64,000 nt of DNA from an uncultured delta proteobacterium (GTDB lineage Bacteria > Desulfobacterota > Binatia > UBA9968). Every line of letters begins with the position of its first letter. Position 1 is the stretch's first letter. The notes below the pieces were generated by a model, which saw only the letters and a list, made by a program, of their open reading frames with translations, did not search any database and had not been told where the DNA came from. Positions 37,978 to 48,070 of the stretch are shown piece by piece. The stretch spans positions 1 through 64,000 of the forward strand of contig CAVTUQ010000001.1 of the NCBI GenBank assembly GCA_963737905.1, given 5' to 3'. Both the position numbers and the translations under genes were made by a program.

Positions 37978-38424
37978 TTATCGTTTACCTGCCTTTGCCA
38001 GCTGTTCGGATTGCGCGCGCAGGCGCGCCTCCTGTTCCCTCAACTCGGGGGTGAACTCGGTACCGAAATCCTCAGCCTCAAATATCTGCCGTATTTCGAC
38101 CTCAGTCTCCTCGTTATGGGGATTGGGACAGCGCTTGACCCACCCGATCGCTTCCTCCTTCGATTTGCACTGCCAAATCCAAAAACCGGCGATTAGCTCC
38201 TTCGTCTCGGCGAAGGGGCCGTCGATCACGGTCCGCTTGCCTCCAGAGAACCGGACGCGCGCGCCCTTGGAGGTCGGATGGAGCCCCTCACCCGCGAGCA
38301 TCACGCCCGCCTGCACCAGCTCTTCGTTGAACTTGCCCATCTCCGTCAGCAGCTGTTCGCTCGGCATCACTCCCGCTTCCGAGTCTTTGGTGGCCTTAAT
38401 CAAGATCATGAATCGCATCGTCAT
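37978..38424 (-). CDS. YciI/DGPF family protein
   Basis: [31 protein letters not shown] and IEIRQ-like strand. Confidence 0.92.
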   Translation of the reverse strand: MTMRFMILIKATKDSEAGVMPSEQLLTEMGKFNEELVQAGVMLAGEGLHPTSKGARVRFSGGKRTVIDGPFAETKELIAGFWIWQCKSKEEAIGWVKRCPNPHNEETEVEIRQIFEAEDFGTEFTPELREQEARLRAQSEQLAKAGKR

Positions 38425-38497
38425 ATCTCCTTATGAATTATTTATTTGCTGTAATTTGCGTGTTTACTGTTTCTCGCCGTCGATTATTCGTCCGGCA

Positions 38498-38943
38498 TCA
38501 CAGCGACGGCCCACCAAGGTCACCGGCATCCCGTGATGATGACTTTTTCTTGGATGGAGGCTGTGTGTAATGCTCGCTCAACCTGTCGGGGAGCCCGATG
38601 TCTTCGATCGGACGAATCTCGAAGCATCCTCCCAGACGCACACCTGGATGCTTCGACATCAACTGGATCGCGTGGTTCAGGTCATTCGCTTCCAGAAACA
38701 AAATTCCGCCCAGCTGTTCCTTTGTTTCGGCAAACGGCCCGTCAGTAACGGAGACCTTGCCGCCCTGCCATCGCAAAGTGGCGGCGTTCCGAACGCTTTG
38801 CAAGGCTTCCCCGCCAATCATGTGACCGATCTTACGAAGAACGTCATCGAAGGCAAAAAACTCCTTTATCATGCCGTCGCGCTCGTTTTCGGACATCGCC
38901 TCCCACTTCTTCTCCTCCATGTATCCAAGGCATAATACTTCAT
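38498..38943 (-). CDS. YciI/DGPF family protein, one-base frameshift just after the start
   Basis: ATG AAG TAT then out-of-frame LCLGYMEE; [15 protein letters not shown] and FEIRP. Confidence 0.8.
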
Positions 38944-38978
38944 GATTTCGTTCCATGGTCGTTTGGGTGCTTATACCC

Positions 38979-39012
38979 ATAGTCGTTCGGCGGAACCCAA
39001 AATCGACAACGG
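38979..39012 (-). promoter_or_regulatory. ECF42-type promoter
   Basis: CCGTTGTCGATT-N11-CGAACGACTAT directly upstream of the first YciI gene. Confidence 0.8.
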
Positions 39013-39038
39013 GACTTTAAAAAACTGCGTTCGCGGTC

Positions 39039-40313
39039 TCAGTCCGGCAGTTCGGCCAGCCGCCGCTCCAGAAACCGCCGTTCCGGCTCCTGCTCCGTCA
39101 GGCTCAGGGCCCGTTCGTAGGAGGCTCGGGCGTCTGCTTTTCGCCCCAGCCGCCGGCAAAGGTCAGCCCGCGCCGCATGGGCGAGGTGATAGTGCGAAAG
39201 ATCGCCCCGTCCCAGGATGGCGTCGATCAGCGCAAGCCCCGCAGACGGACCGTCGCGCATTGCCACCGCCACCGCCCGGTTCAGCTCGACCACGGGCGAC
39301 GGCTCTGCCCGTGTCAGCAGATCGTACAGCGCGACGATCTGGGCCCAGTCCGTGACGGCGGCCTCGGCCGCGTTAGCATGCACGGCTGCGATCGCCGCTT
39401 GGACGGTGTAGGGACCGACCTGACGTGCGGCCAGCGCCCGTTCTACCAGCACCGAACCCTCTATGATGTAATCGCGGTTCCAGAGCGAGCGATCTTGATC
39501 TTCCAAGAGCACGAGGTCGCCCGACGGCGAAGTTCGAGCGGGGCGGCGCGAGTCATGGAGCAGCATCAGCGCGAGCAGTCCCAGCGCTTCCGCCTCCGGT
39601 AGCAACTCCACAAGCAGCCGGCCGAGGCTGATCGCTTCGTTTGAAAGATCGTGCCGCGTGAGTGCCGCGCCGGAAGACGCGTAGTACCCCTCGTTGAACA
39701 CGAGGTAGACGACCCGAAGCACCGCTTCGAGCCGGTCCGGCAGATCGGCCGCCGAGGGTACTTCATAGGGAATCCGCGCGTTGCGAATCTTGGCCTTGGC
39801 GCGCACGATGCGCTGCGCCACTGTGGGCGGCGATGAGAGAAAGGCCCGCGCGACCTCCTCGGTTGTGAGACCGCAGACTTCGCGCAAGGTCATCGCCACC
39901 TGGGCGTCCGGCGAGAGGGCTGGATGGCAGCAGGTGAAGATCAGACGCAGCCGGTCGTCTTTGATGCTTTCGTCGTTCCATGCCTCGGGATCGTCAGTCT
40001 CAGCCATGAGTCGCTTGTCGAAATCGTCCGGCAACGGCTCGAATCGGCTATGCCGGCGAATTGCGTCAATGGCCTTGAACCGGCCGGTCGATACGAGCCA
40101 GGCGCGCGGATTGGCGGGCACGCCATCGCGCGGCCATTGCTCCAAAGCCGCTCTGAAAGCGTCGTGCAGCGCCTCCTCGGCGATATCGAAGTCGCCGAGG
40201 AGGCGGATTAACGTAGCGAGGACGTGGCGCGAGTCGGAACGGTAGACGGCGTCTACAGTGTTGCGCGCGTGTTCAGCCGCAGTCTCCGAGCCGGCCTGTG
40301 GGTTGCGATCCAT
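39039..40313 (-). CDS. ECF sigma factor with long C-terminal (DUF6596/TPR) extension, ECF42-type
   Basis: DFDIAEEALHDAF, NPRAWL, DDRLRLIFTCCHPAL, YLVFNEGY, QDRSLW and VELNRAVA. Confidence 0.92.
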   Translation of the reverse strand: MDRNPQAGSETAAEHARNTVDAVYRSDSRHVLATLIRLLGDFDIAEEALHDAFRAALEQWPRDGVPANPRAWLVSTGRFKAIDAIRRHSRFEPLPDDFDKRLMAETDDPEAWNDESIKDDRLRLIFTCCHPALSPDAQVAMTLREVCGLTTEEVARAFLSSPPTVAQRIVRAKAKIRNARIPYEVPSAADLPDRLEAVLRVVYLVFNEGYYASSGAALTRHDLSNEAISLGRLLVELLPEAEALGLLALMLLHDSRRPARTSPSGDLVLLEDQDRSLWNRDYIIEGSVLVERALAARQVGPYTVQAAIAAVHANAAEAAVTDWAQIVALYDLLTRAEPSPVVELNRAVAVAMRDGPSAGLALIDAILGRGDLSHYHLAHAARADLCRRLGRKADARASYERALSLTEQEPERRFLERRLAELPD

Positions 40314-40571
40314 AAAATCTGTCGTCCTCTCATTTAGGGTTAGCGTAGAGGCCACGAATCAAGGAGAGGATCGATTTCGCATTTTCCACCAATCCGATCG
40401 CGCTCCAAGCATGATTAATTTTGTCGCAATCGACGCCAAAATCAATGAGGGACTGCATATCGGCGGCGAGGCGAGTGCTATGAAGCGACAGAGGTCTTAT
40501 CGAAACTGAAATGTTGTCGGTTCTTTGAATCTTGAACTTTGAACGACAACTACTGGATATAGAGTTTGGCT

Positions 40572-42659
40572 TTAGTGCGAACGCGTAATGCCGAGTTTTA
40601 TCATCCGCGACTGAAGGGTTGTCCGTTTCATGCCGAGCCTGGCGGCCGCACCCGTGGGGCCGCCGATGACCCAATTGGTTTCGCCGAGCGCGCGTACGAT
40701 GTGCTCCCGTTCCGCGTTTTCCAGAGTCGCAAAACCGTCTGGATGAGCGAGAGGCGCGAGTTTGGTTCTTTGCTTCAATTCGGCGAGCGGAATTTGCAGC
40801 TCCGCGCCGCGGGAAAGGATAACGCCGCGTTCGATGAAGTTCTCGAGCTCCCGCACGTTGCCAGGCCAGTGGTATTCCCTCAAAGCCGTCATGGCTTTAG
40901 CGTCGATCGAATCGATGGGCTTTTTCATCCGCCGCGCGTGCTTTTGCGCGAAATAGCGCGCGAGCAGCGGGATGTCTTCGTGCCGATCGCGCAGCGGAGG
41001 GATCATCACGGGGAAAACGTTGAGCCGGTAAAAGAGATCGCTGCGAAACTGATTTTCCGCCACCTTTTGGGCCAGGTCCACATTGGTGGCGGCCACCAGG
41101 CGAACATCCACACGGATCGTGCGCGCGCTGCCGAGACGCTCGAACTCTTGTTCCTGAAGAACGCGCAGCAGCTTCGGCTGGAGATCTTGAGGAATGTCGC
41201 CTACCTCGTCCAGAAAGAGCGTGCCTCGGTGCGCCAGTTCGAACCGGCCGACTCGTTGCGCAACGGCGCCGGTAAAAGCGCCCCTCTCGTGCCCGAACAG
41301 TTCGCTTTCGAGGAGCCCGGTCGGAATCGCGGCACAGTTCACTTTCACGAGCGTCCGCTCGCGACGCGCGCTGAGATGGTGGATGGCGCGCGCGATCAAT
41401 TCCTTACCGGTGCCGGTTTCACCGAGAATGAGAATCGTCGAATCCGTCGGCGCCACCGTCTGTATCTGTTCCAGAACTTTTTTCAGGGCAGCGCTTTCAC
41501 CGATGATCTCTTCGAAGTTGTATTCGGTGCGAATCTCATCTTGCAGGTAGAGTTTCTCCTCGCTGAGTTTATTCGCCCGGTCCACGACCTGCCGATAAGA
41601 AAGCGCGTTTTCCACGCCGATGGCGATTTGATTGGCAACATGCTGCAGGAGTTCCGCATCCTTCAGCGGAAAGTTTTCTTCGCGCAGGCTCCCTACCACC
41701 AGCGTGCCGAGGGGTCGACCGTGAGAAATCAAGGGGAGACAATAAGCGGACTTGAGTCCTTCGGCCAGTATGCGCCGCGCGATGTCGGAGCCGAATTGCT
41801 CGATGTCGCCCCGCGTTATGAAAACCGGTTGGCGCGTGGTGATGGCCCGGCCCGTGGGTGATCCCGCTACCGGTATCGAGAGACCTTCCTGAAGCATTCC
41901 CTTACTGACCGGAAAATCCAGAGCGTGAATCTGCAAGCTTTGGGTTTCGGCATCGTAAAGAGAGATGCTTGCGTATTCATGGGGCACCAAGCGCCGCAGC
42001 GACGCGGAGACGGCGTTTAGCAATTCGTGCAAATCAAGCACGGAAACGACCGCATTATTCACCTCGAGCAGCAGGCTCAAACGATCGCGTTCTTCCTTCA
42101 GTTGTTGCTGAACCGACTGCGCCTGTTCGAAGTTGAGCGCGTTGTCCACCGCCACCGCTACTTGCCGAGCCACCTGCTGTAAAAAAACCACATCGATATC
42201 GGAATAAGCGGCTACCACTCTGCTGCCAAAGGCCAGCGCACCCAGTTTCCTCAACGCGGTGGTGGCGGGAACAACACAGATCGATCGCACTCCGCGGTCG
42301 CCAAGCCACCGGGCCAAATCCGGGAATCGCGTGTCGCTCCCAAGATCGGAGGCCACCCAAGGTGTTTGCGTATCCCGCACCCATTCCCCCGGAGTCTCCA
42401 TCGGACATTCCCCAGGAGGGCAGGTGTAATTGGGATCGGGGGTCTCCAGGACATGGGACTTCATCGCTCGACGTACGGGCTCGTAGAGAATCAGGTTGGC
42501 GAAATCGAATTCCAGGACACGATGCAACCGGGGGGCAAGATCATGAAAAAGCTGGTCGAGATCCCGGTGCGAAGCGATCGCCTCCGAAATCTCCAGAAGC
42601 GCCTGGTATTGGCTCTGTAAGAGATCCATCCCTTGCCGCTCTGTTATCTGATCGTTCAC
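40572..42659 (-). CDS. Sigma-54-dependent activator with two GAF domains (FhlA-like)
   Basis: GETGTGKE, ESELFGHERGAFTGA, LFLDEVG, WPGNVREL and C-terminal HTH. Confidence 0.93.
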   Translation of the reverse strand: MNDQITERQGMDLLQSQYQALLEISEAIASHRDLDQLFHDLAPRLHRVLEFDFANLILYEPVRRAMKSHVLETPDPNYTCPPGECPMETPGEWVRDTQTPWVASDLGSDTRFPDLARWLGDRGVRSICVVPATTALRKLGALAFGSRVVAAYSDIDVVFLQQVARQVAVAVDNALNFEQAQSVQQQLKEERDRLSLLLEVNNAVVSVLDLHELLNAVSASLRRLVPHEYASISLYDAETQSLQIHALDFPVSKGMLQEGLSIPVAGSPTGRAITTRQPVFITRGDIEQFGSDIARRILAEGLKSAYCLPLISHGRPLGTLVVGSLREENFPLKDAELLQHVANQIAIGVENALSYRQVVDRANKLSEEKLYLQDEIRTEYNFEEIIGESAALKKVLEQIQTVAPTDSTILILGETGTGKELIARAIHHLSARRERTLVKVNCAAIPTGLLESELFGHERGAFTGAVAQRVGRFELAHRGTLFLDEVGDIPQDLQPKLLRVLQEQEFERLGSARTIRVDVRLVAATNVDLAQKVAENQFRSDLFYRLNVFPVMIPPLRDRHEDIPLLARYFAQKHARRMKKPIDSIDAKAMTALREYHWPGNVRELENFIERGVILSRGAELQIPLAELKQRTKLAPLAHPDGFATLENAEREHIVRALGETNWVIGGPTGAAARLGMKRTTLQSRMIKLGITRSH

Positions 42660-42796
42660 AGTTTAAAGAATATACACCGACTCCGGAACGTTCAAGACAC
42701 GGACCGTTCCCCTTATCGCTCATCGGCCTCACGGCTAAGGGTGCCTACCCGGCGGCACTTAGTGACCTTGTGCCTCCGGTTTTTGGCCTTGCAAGG

Positions 42797-42817
42797 AGTG
42801 ACAGATCTTTGTACACT
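42797..42817. promoter_or_regulatory. Putative TA operator (imperfect palindrome with TGTACA core)
   Basis: AGTGACA-GATCTT-TGTACACT just upstream of the Phd/YefM gene. Confidence 0.4.
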
Positions 42818-42839
42818 TTTCTGTAAGCAAGGAGGGATT

Positions 42840-43142
42840 ATGGATAGGTATCTGACGACCAGTGAGGCGAGACAGAAGTTCTTGAATTTGGTTGACGAAG
42901 TTGAGGATGGCGACCAAGTCATCATTACGAAACGCGGGGTACCCAAAGCCGTCATCGTCAACTTCGAGCAACTGCAAACGTTAAAGGCGGTGGCTCGGCT
43001 CTGGCAAGACCCGGAAGCGCTTAACGCCATGCGGACGTCTTTGGACGAAGTGAAGCAGGGAAGAACGCTCAAGCTCTCTGGAGCACCGACCGTTGACAGA
43101 ATTCTAACCGCTGCTCGTAAAAAGGGCCTCTTGCGTGGCTGA
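42840..43142 (+). CDS. Phd/YefM family antitoxin
   Basis: TSEARQKFLNLVDEV..VIITKRGVPKAVIV; GGAGG RBS. Confidence 0.9.
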   Translation: MDRYLTTSEARQKFLNLVDEVEDGDQVIITKRGVPKAVIVNFEQLQTLKAVARLWQDPEALNAMRTSLDEVKQGRTLKLSGAPTVDRILTAARKKGLLRG

Positions 43143-43395
43143 CTATCTTTTCACACGCCAATTTCTCGACGAGCTTTCCGTCTTCGAAAAGTCCGTGAGC
43201 ACTCGCGATCTAGAAACTCTTGAACAAGCGTTGGCTGCCATCGCGCAAAATCCCAACTTGCCTCGACGTATGCCGAGCTTTTATGACCCCTCATCGCCAA
43301 GCTATCTCTATCGCTCAGAAAATATTCTTATCCATTACCGCGTACCGGAGTCCGGAGTCGTCGAGTTCCTGAATTTATTCTGGCCAAGGGTTTAG
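43135..43395 (+). CDS. Putative RelE/ParE-like toxin
   Basis: 86 aa overlapping the antitoxin stop; FTRQF..L and ILIHYRV pattern. Confidence 0.6.
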   Translation: MADYLFTRQFLDELSVFEKSVSTRDLETLEQALAAIAQNPNLPRRMPSFYDPSSPSYLYRSENILIHYRVPESGVVEFLNLFWPRV

Positions 43396-43454
43396 GTTAC
43401 CTTTGCGCGACGGCGTTTAATCGATCTCATGTTAGTTTGACCGTTGGTCTCCCA

Positions 43455-44897
43455 CTACCGCATCTTAAAGGCTGGCGGCACGACTTCGTTTATGCTCTTT
43501 CCCGTCCAATGCCATTTGGGCACGCTGTCCCACACTTGTTCGCCTTTCGCCTGAACTTTCTCCAGCAGTTCCTCTTCGTTCAGGCGCAGATACTTGCCGT
43601 CGTCGACCAACGTTTCGCCGTCGACGATGACGGTGCGCACATTGCGGCTCACGGCGGTTTCCATCAAGGATCGAATCGGATCCCGCACAGCGCCGAAGGC
43701 GATGTCCCGGAGATTTATGACGGTAATGTCGGCCTTGGCACCTTTTTCCAGTTTTCCCAAGTCGTCCCGCCCGAGCATCTTTGCGCCGCCCAGGGTCGCC
43801 GCGTTAAACACATCCCGGGGATGGCCGGCCATGAAACTTCTTTCAGCCACCCGTGAGGCCAGCGCGGCGTAGCGCATGTCGGAAATAATATCTTTGGGAA
43901 ACGTGTCCGTGCCGATGCCCATGGTGATGCCGGCTTTGAGATATTTATCGAAGGATTCCATCACGATGCCGAGCTTCAAATACTTGAGCGGGCTATAGGC
44001 CACGGGGGCGCCGGAGTCTGCGATGATTTTCAGATCGTCGCCGTAGGGATAGGCGAGCCAGCTGTGGCCGCTGATGAAAATACAGTGGGAGAGTGAAACC
44101 TCCGGATCGAGAAAGCCGATCTTGTCCAGCAGCTCGATGGGTGTGCAGCGCTCCCGCTGCATCACGGTATGGAATTCGAACAAGTTGATCGTGGCGTGAA
44201 TCTGGATGCGCACTCCTGCTTCCTTTGCGGCCTGCTTCGTATCTTTGAGAAGCTGCGGTGTGCAGGAATCCACATGTCCGGGAAACAACAGAGTGATCAT
44301 CCGGCCGTTGCAGGCGCGGTTGAACTTTTTGGCGAAGTCAACGGCGGCTTTCAGCCCCTTACTTCCCCGCTCGTCATCCCAGTCGTATTCCAGGCGGCCT
44401 TCGCGATCGTGGAAGAAGCTCACGTTCTTATAGCTCGGTCCGGCAGCGCAGCGGATACCGACTTGATCCACCATATCGACGTAGCGCTCCGGCTCTGCGC
44501 CAGGGCCGCCGATATCAAAAGTCGTTGTCGCTCCGCCCTTGAGCACGTGAATCAATGAAAATCTCTGGCCGACGTCAACGTCTTTGAGGTGAGCCGCATG
44601 GGCCCCTTCGCGCGTCGGGCCCCCGTGGGCCAAATAGTTGGAGGCAAAAAAATCGGTCTTCGTCGAATCATTGAGAATATAGTCGCTGGCATTGATACCC
44701 GAATGAAAATGGGTGTCGATGAAGCCGGGAGAGACGAGACAGCCTTTGGCGTCGATCTTCTTATCCACAGGTTGGGCATATTGTTTCCCGACGTACTCGA
44801 TCCGATTACCTTCGAATACGACCACGCCGTCTCTGATAATTTCGTGTTCCTTGCCGTCGAAGCCGACGACATAACCGCCTTGGATGAGGGTTTTCAT
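43455..44897 (-). CDS. Amidohydrolase_1 family (deaminase/chlorohydrolase-like)
   Basis: PGFIDTHFH, QIHA..E, SHC, GIGTD and ATLGGAKMLG...GAKAD. Confidence 0.9.
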   Translation of the reverse strand: MKTLIQGGYVVGFDGKEHEIIRDGVVVFEGNRIEYVGKQYAQPVDKKIDAKGCLVSPGFIDTHFHSGINASDYILNDSTKTDFFASNYLAHGGPTREGAHAAHLKDVDVGQRFSLIHVLKGGATTTFDIGGPGAEPERYVDMVDQVGIRCAAGPSYKNVSFFHDREGRLEYDWDDERGSKGLKAAVDFAKKFNRACNGRMITLLFPGHVDSCTPQLLKDTKQAAKEAGVRIQIHATINLFEFHTVMQRERCTPIELLDKIGFLDPEVSLSHCIFISGHSWLAYPYGDDLKIIADSGAPVAYSPLKYLKLGIVMESFDKYLKAGITMGIGTDTFPKDIISDMRYAALASRVAERSFMAGHPRDVFNAATLGGAKMLGRDDLGKLEKGAKADITVINLRDIAFGAVRDPIRSLMETAVSRNVRTVIVDGETLVDDGKYLRLNEEELLEKVQAKGEQVWDSVPKWHWTGKSINEVVPPAFKMR

Positions 44898-45075
44898 TGC
44901 CCAGCCTTTCAAATTTTCAACTCGAACAGGGGCAGGACTAACAAAAGAAGCTACTTAAGACAAGCGTTCACAAGCGCTAGACGGTGATTTCGGACTTAAA
45001 CGGCATGCGACATCATCAGATGAAACGGCAACCGTCACAGCGTGCTTGGATGCCCAGGTAGAGGTCAAGCAAACG

Positions 45076-46170
45076 TCAACGACCTGCCCGTGGTAATTCC
45101 ATGCCCCAAAGCTCTTTGAGAAAACCGCTTTTTTCCAAATTGTTGACGAAAGTATTATCGTAGATTTCTTCGGGGCGCTTTCCAATAGGGATTCCCGACG
45201 CGCGGACAAGCTCCATTGAATCGGCCACCGCTGCGGCGGGGACGATCATTCTACGATCCGTGATCTGTTTCGCGTAGACCTCGTATGCAACCCGCAGGGC
45301 TTCCTCATCTTTGACCCGCATCGCCTTGGAAATAGCGACCTTCGCTTTGCCGGGATTTTTCTCCATAAAAAAAATCGACTCTGCGAATGCGGCGACGACT
45401 CTTTGGACGACCTCCGGCTTATCCCGGAGGATTTTCGAATTCGCATGCAAAGAGCTATAGATAAACGGGAGGTCGAGATCCACTAGACGATAAAGCACGT
45501 TGAACCCATCATTTTTCGCTCGAACATCGAGGGGTGGCGTGACAACGACCCCCTGAACCAAATTTGTTGCCATCGCCTGATAGCGCTCCGACTGACTGCC
45601 TCCGATGGGTCGGATCGCAACCTCATCCGCCATGTTGAATTTCTTAAGCACGGCGCGGGACAACCGCGCGCTCAAATCACCCGGACGAGTCACACCCAGG
45701 GCTTTGCCTTTGAGATCTTCGGGACGTTTGATGTCCTTGCGGGTGACCAGCACATAAGGAAGTTTCACGAGGGGTGCCGCCACCAACTTGGCGTCGACTC
45801 CGGTGGCAAGCCCGGGGATCGTGGCTTCGGCAGCGCAATAGAGAAGTTGAATCTCATCGGCGGCAAGCGCGGCGAGGGAGGCGTTGCTGCCGCGGATGTA
45901 TATATGTTCCATCTTGATTCCGTATTTGTCGAAGATCCCATAGTTCAATGCCGCGTACAGGTGCGCGAATCCTCCAGAGATCGCGCAGGTGGCAATTCTG
46001 AGCGTGACCGGCTTTTCTCCTGGCTTGGGTAAATAGGGATTAGCGCGAGCTGGAGTGATCAAAACGAGGACAAAGAGGAGCGCTATCGATAGACTCATGG
46101 AGACGGGTACCACACCACCCTGCGTCAGTGCTGGACGTTGTTGCTGGCTCCGCGGCGAACGACTCGTCAT
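45076..46170 (-). CDS. ABC transporter substrate-binding protein (NMT1/THI5/SsuA-like)
   Basis: Signal peptide, GIFDKYGI, EDLKGKALGVTRPG and LEKSGFL; start uncertain. Confidence 0.88.
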   Translation of the reverse strand: MTSRSPRSQQQRPALTQGGVVPVSMSLSIALLFVLVLITPARANPYLPKPGEKPVTLRIATCAISGGFAHLYAALNYGIFDKYGIKMEHIYIRGSNASLAALAADEIQLLYCAAEATIPGLATGVDAKLVAAPLVKLPYVLVTRKDIKRPEDLKGKALGVTRPGDLSARLSRAVLKKFNMADEVAIRPIGGSQSERYQAMATNLVQGVVVTPPLDVRAKNDGFNVLYRLVDLDLPFIYSSLHANSKILRDKPEVVQRVVAAFAESIFFMEKNPGKAKVAISKAMRVKDEEALRVAYEVYAKQITDRRMIVPAAAVADSMELVRASGIPIGKRPEEIYDNTFVNNLEKSGFLKELWGMELPRAGR

Positions 46171-46305
46171 AAGCCTCCGTACGATCCTGCCAAGGTCGGT
46201 AGCAGCGCCGAATCCTAGTTCATTTTGCTCCGCTGCTCAACGCCGCACCGCTAGGGCGTTCGGACTCAGGTGGCCCGTAAAGTTCAGCTCTTGCGTAAGG
46301 ATGGG

Positions 46306-47334
46306 TTAGATAGCAAAGCGAAAATGAATGATGTCGCCGTCCTGGACGATGTAATCTTTGCCCTCAAGTCTGAGCTTTCCGGCCTCTTTACACTTCGCCT
46401 CGCTGCCCAAAGCGACAAAGTCCTCGTAGGCGATCACCTCGGCGCGAATAAAGCCACGCTCGATATCGCTATGAATCTTTCCCGCAGCTCTACGCGCAAT
46501 CGTTCCATGGGTGATCGTCCAAGCGCGGACCTCGTCTTCGCCGGTCGTCAGAAAACTGATCAGATCCAACAACCGATAAGACGCCCGGATAAACCTTTCC
46601 CGGGCCGGCTCTTGGATGCCGATCTCCTTCAGGAACGCCTCGCGATCACTTTCATCCAGCTGCGCGACTTCCATCTCAACCTTTCCCGCCAAAACCAAAC
46701 CCTCCAATCCGCGCCGCTTTAATTCATCCTGGTAAGCCGCCGACAGGGGCTGGCCGGCTTTATCGTCCGCCTGATTAAAGAGGACCAAAGCCGGCTTGCG
46801 GCTGAGAAAGCCGAAGCCTGAAAGAAGATTCTCTTCATCGGCGCTAAACTCAATCTTTCTCAGACTCTCCTCATTTTCCAAAGTTGTCGCGCAACGCTCC
46901 AGCAGGGCTTCTTCCTGCGGCCGTGCCTTCTCTTTTTTCAAACGCGTTCGACGATTCTCCACGACCGTCAGGTCCGCGAGGATCATCTCGGTCAGCAAGT
47001 CGTTGAGCTGTCGGAGCGGTTCAGCATCGGGCTCGAAGTCGCGCAGGACCAGAGCCATGGCATCCACCTCGCGCATCTGAGTTATCAGATTATTGTTCCC
47101 CTTGAGATCGTCGTCACTTTCGCTAGCCGGAAAATCGGTAAAGCGAATCTCGGCGTAAGTGGTCTTTTTCGGCTTGAAAACCTGCGACAGTTTGTCAACG
47201 CGCGTATCGGGCACCTTGATAACCCCAAGATGAACCTCTTCCTTGCCCCCGCCGACCTGGGCCTGGAGACCCGTCAGCATGTTGAAGACGGTCGTTTTCC
47301 CCGCGCCACGATGGCCAATCAAGCCTATTTTCAT
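46306..47334 (-). CDS. ychF: YchF/OLA1-like ATPase (divergent)
   Basis: VPDTRVDKL..FKPKKTTYA, FLTTGEDEVRAW, AAGKIHSDIERGFIRAEV and TGS domain EGKDYIVQDGD. Confidence 0.85.
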   Translation of the reverse strand: MKIGLIGHRGAGKTTVFNMLTGLQAQVGGGKEEVHLGVIKVPDTRVDKLSQVFKPKKTTYAEIRFTDFPASESDDDLKGNNNLITQMREVDAMALVLRDFEPDAEPLRQLNDLLTEMILADLTVVENRRTRLKKEKARPQEEALLERCATTLENEESLRKIEFSADEENLLSGFGFLSRKPALVLFNQADDKAGQPLSAAYQDELKRRGLEGLVLAGKVEMEVAQLDESDREAFLKEIGIQEPARERFIRASYRLLDLISFLTTGEDEVRAWTITHGTIARRAAGKIHSDIERGFIRAEVIAYEDFVALGSEAKCKEAGKLRLEGKDYIVQDGDIIHFRFAI

Positions 47335-47413
47335 TCAGCCGATTTCTCCCAAACGATTAATCGAAGCGCCTCAATCTAGCAGGAATTACGTGCCGAAGAA
47401 AATCGGACGTTCA

Positions 47414-47869
47414 CTAGCTCGCCAACTGCTGGCGCGCTTGCTTCCGATCCAGCTCTCTCAGCACCATCTCCTTCCACCGGATCAACCCCCGTCGCACATA
47501 GTTCGGATCGAGAGCAACACCCTCGCAGATATTGTCAAAGGAGAACAGGTAGGATTTGTCATCATCGAGAATCCACTGTTCGGCCTCGCGAAACAGCGAC
47601 TGCTTTCGTGGCGTGACGGCTGTTACATTGTCCTGGAAACAGACCACCGCGTCTTCCAGCACGGCCAGCATAAGCAACTGTTCGGGCTGTAAATAAAATC
47701 GGCGGCGGTAGGTGGAGAGATACTGTACCGTGACCAGAATATCGGGCTGAAAAACTGACAGGGCTTTTTCTTCCCAGGGAGAACTTGACTGATTGACCCC
47801 CTTGACCCAGAGCTTGGAACGACGATTATCGTAAGACATTTGTGGCTTGAAACGTTTTTGAGACTTCAT
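47414..47869 (-). CDS. Conserved hypothetical protein
   Basis: Protein-like ORF with QPDIL..QY, LMLAVLEDA..CF and FSFDNIC..L.LDP.Y.R motifs; no function recognised. Confidence 0.7.
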   Translation of the reverse strand: MKSQKRFKPQMSYDNRRSKLWVKGVNQSSSPWEEKALSVFQPDILVTVQYLSTYRRRFYLQPEQLLMLAVLEDAVVCFQDNVTAVTPRKQSLFREAEQWILDDDKSYLFSFDNICEGVALDPNYVRRGLIRWKEMVLRELDRKQARQQLAS

Positions 47870-48070
47870 TGGAATTTCTCCGCACGGTTTGGGAACAACA
47901 TTGGCTGCATTGTTCCGTGGGTGTAGGCGATACGCGAGAGCCAGGCCCGTAGGTTCAACAATCTACGGTTCGCGGGCAATGCAACGCAGGCTCCCCAGAT
48001 ACCGGGTAGAAGACGAGATTGAAAGCGTGTCTATTCACCCGGCCTATGGGGGACAACTGGGATGCGGAAA

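Noticed and set aside
40566-41861. Long antisense or alternative-frame ORFs (for example 40566-41861, 9577-10686, 12632-13588)
   Set aside because: They shadow well-supported genes in GC-rich DNA and have no motifs of their own.
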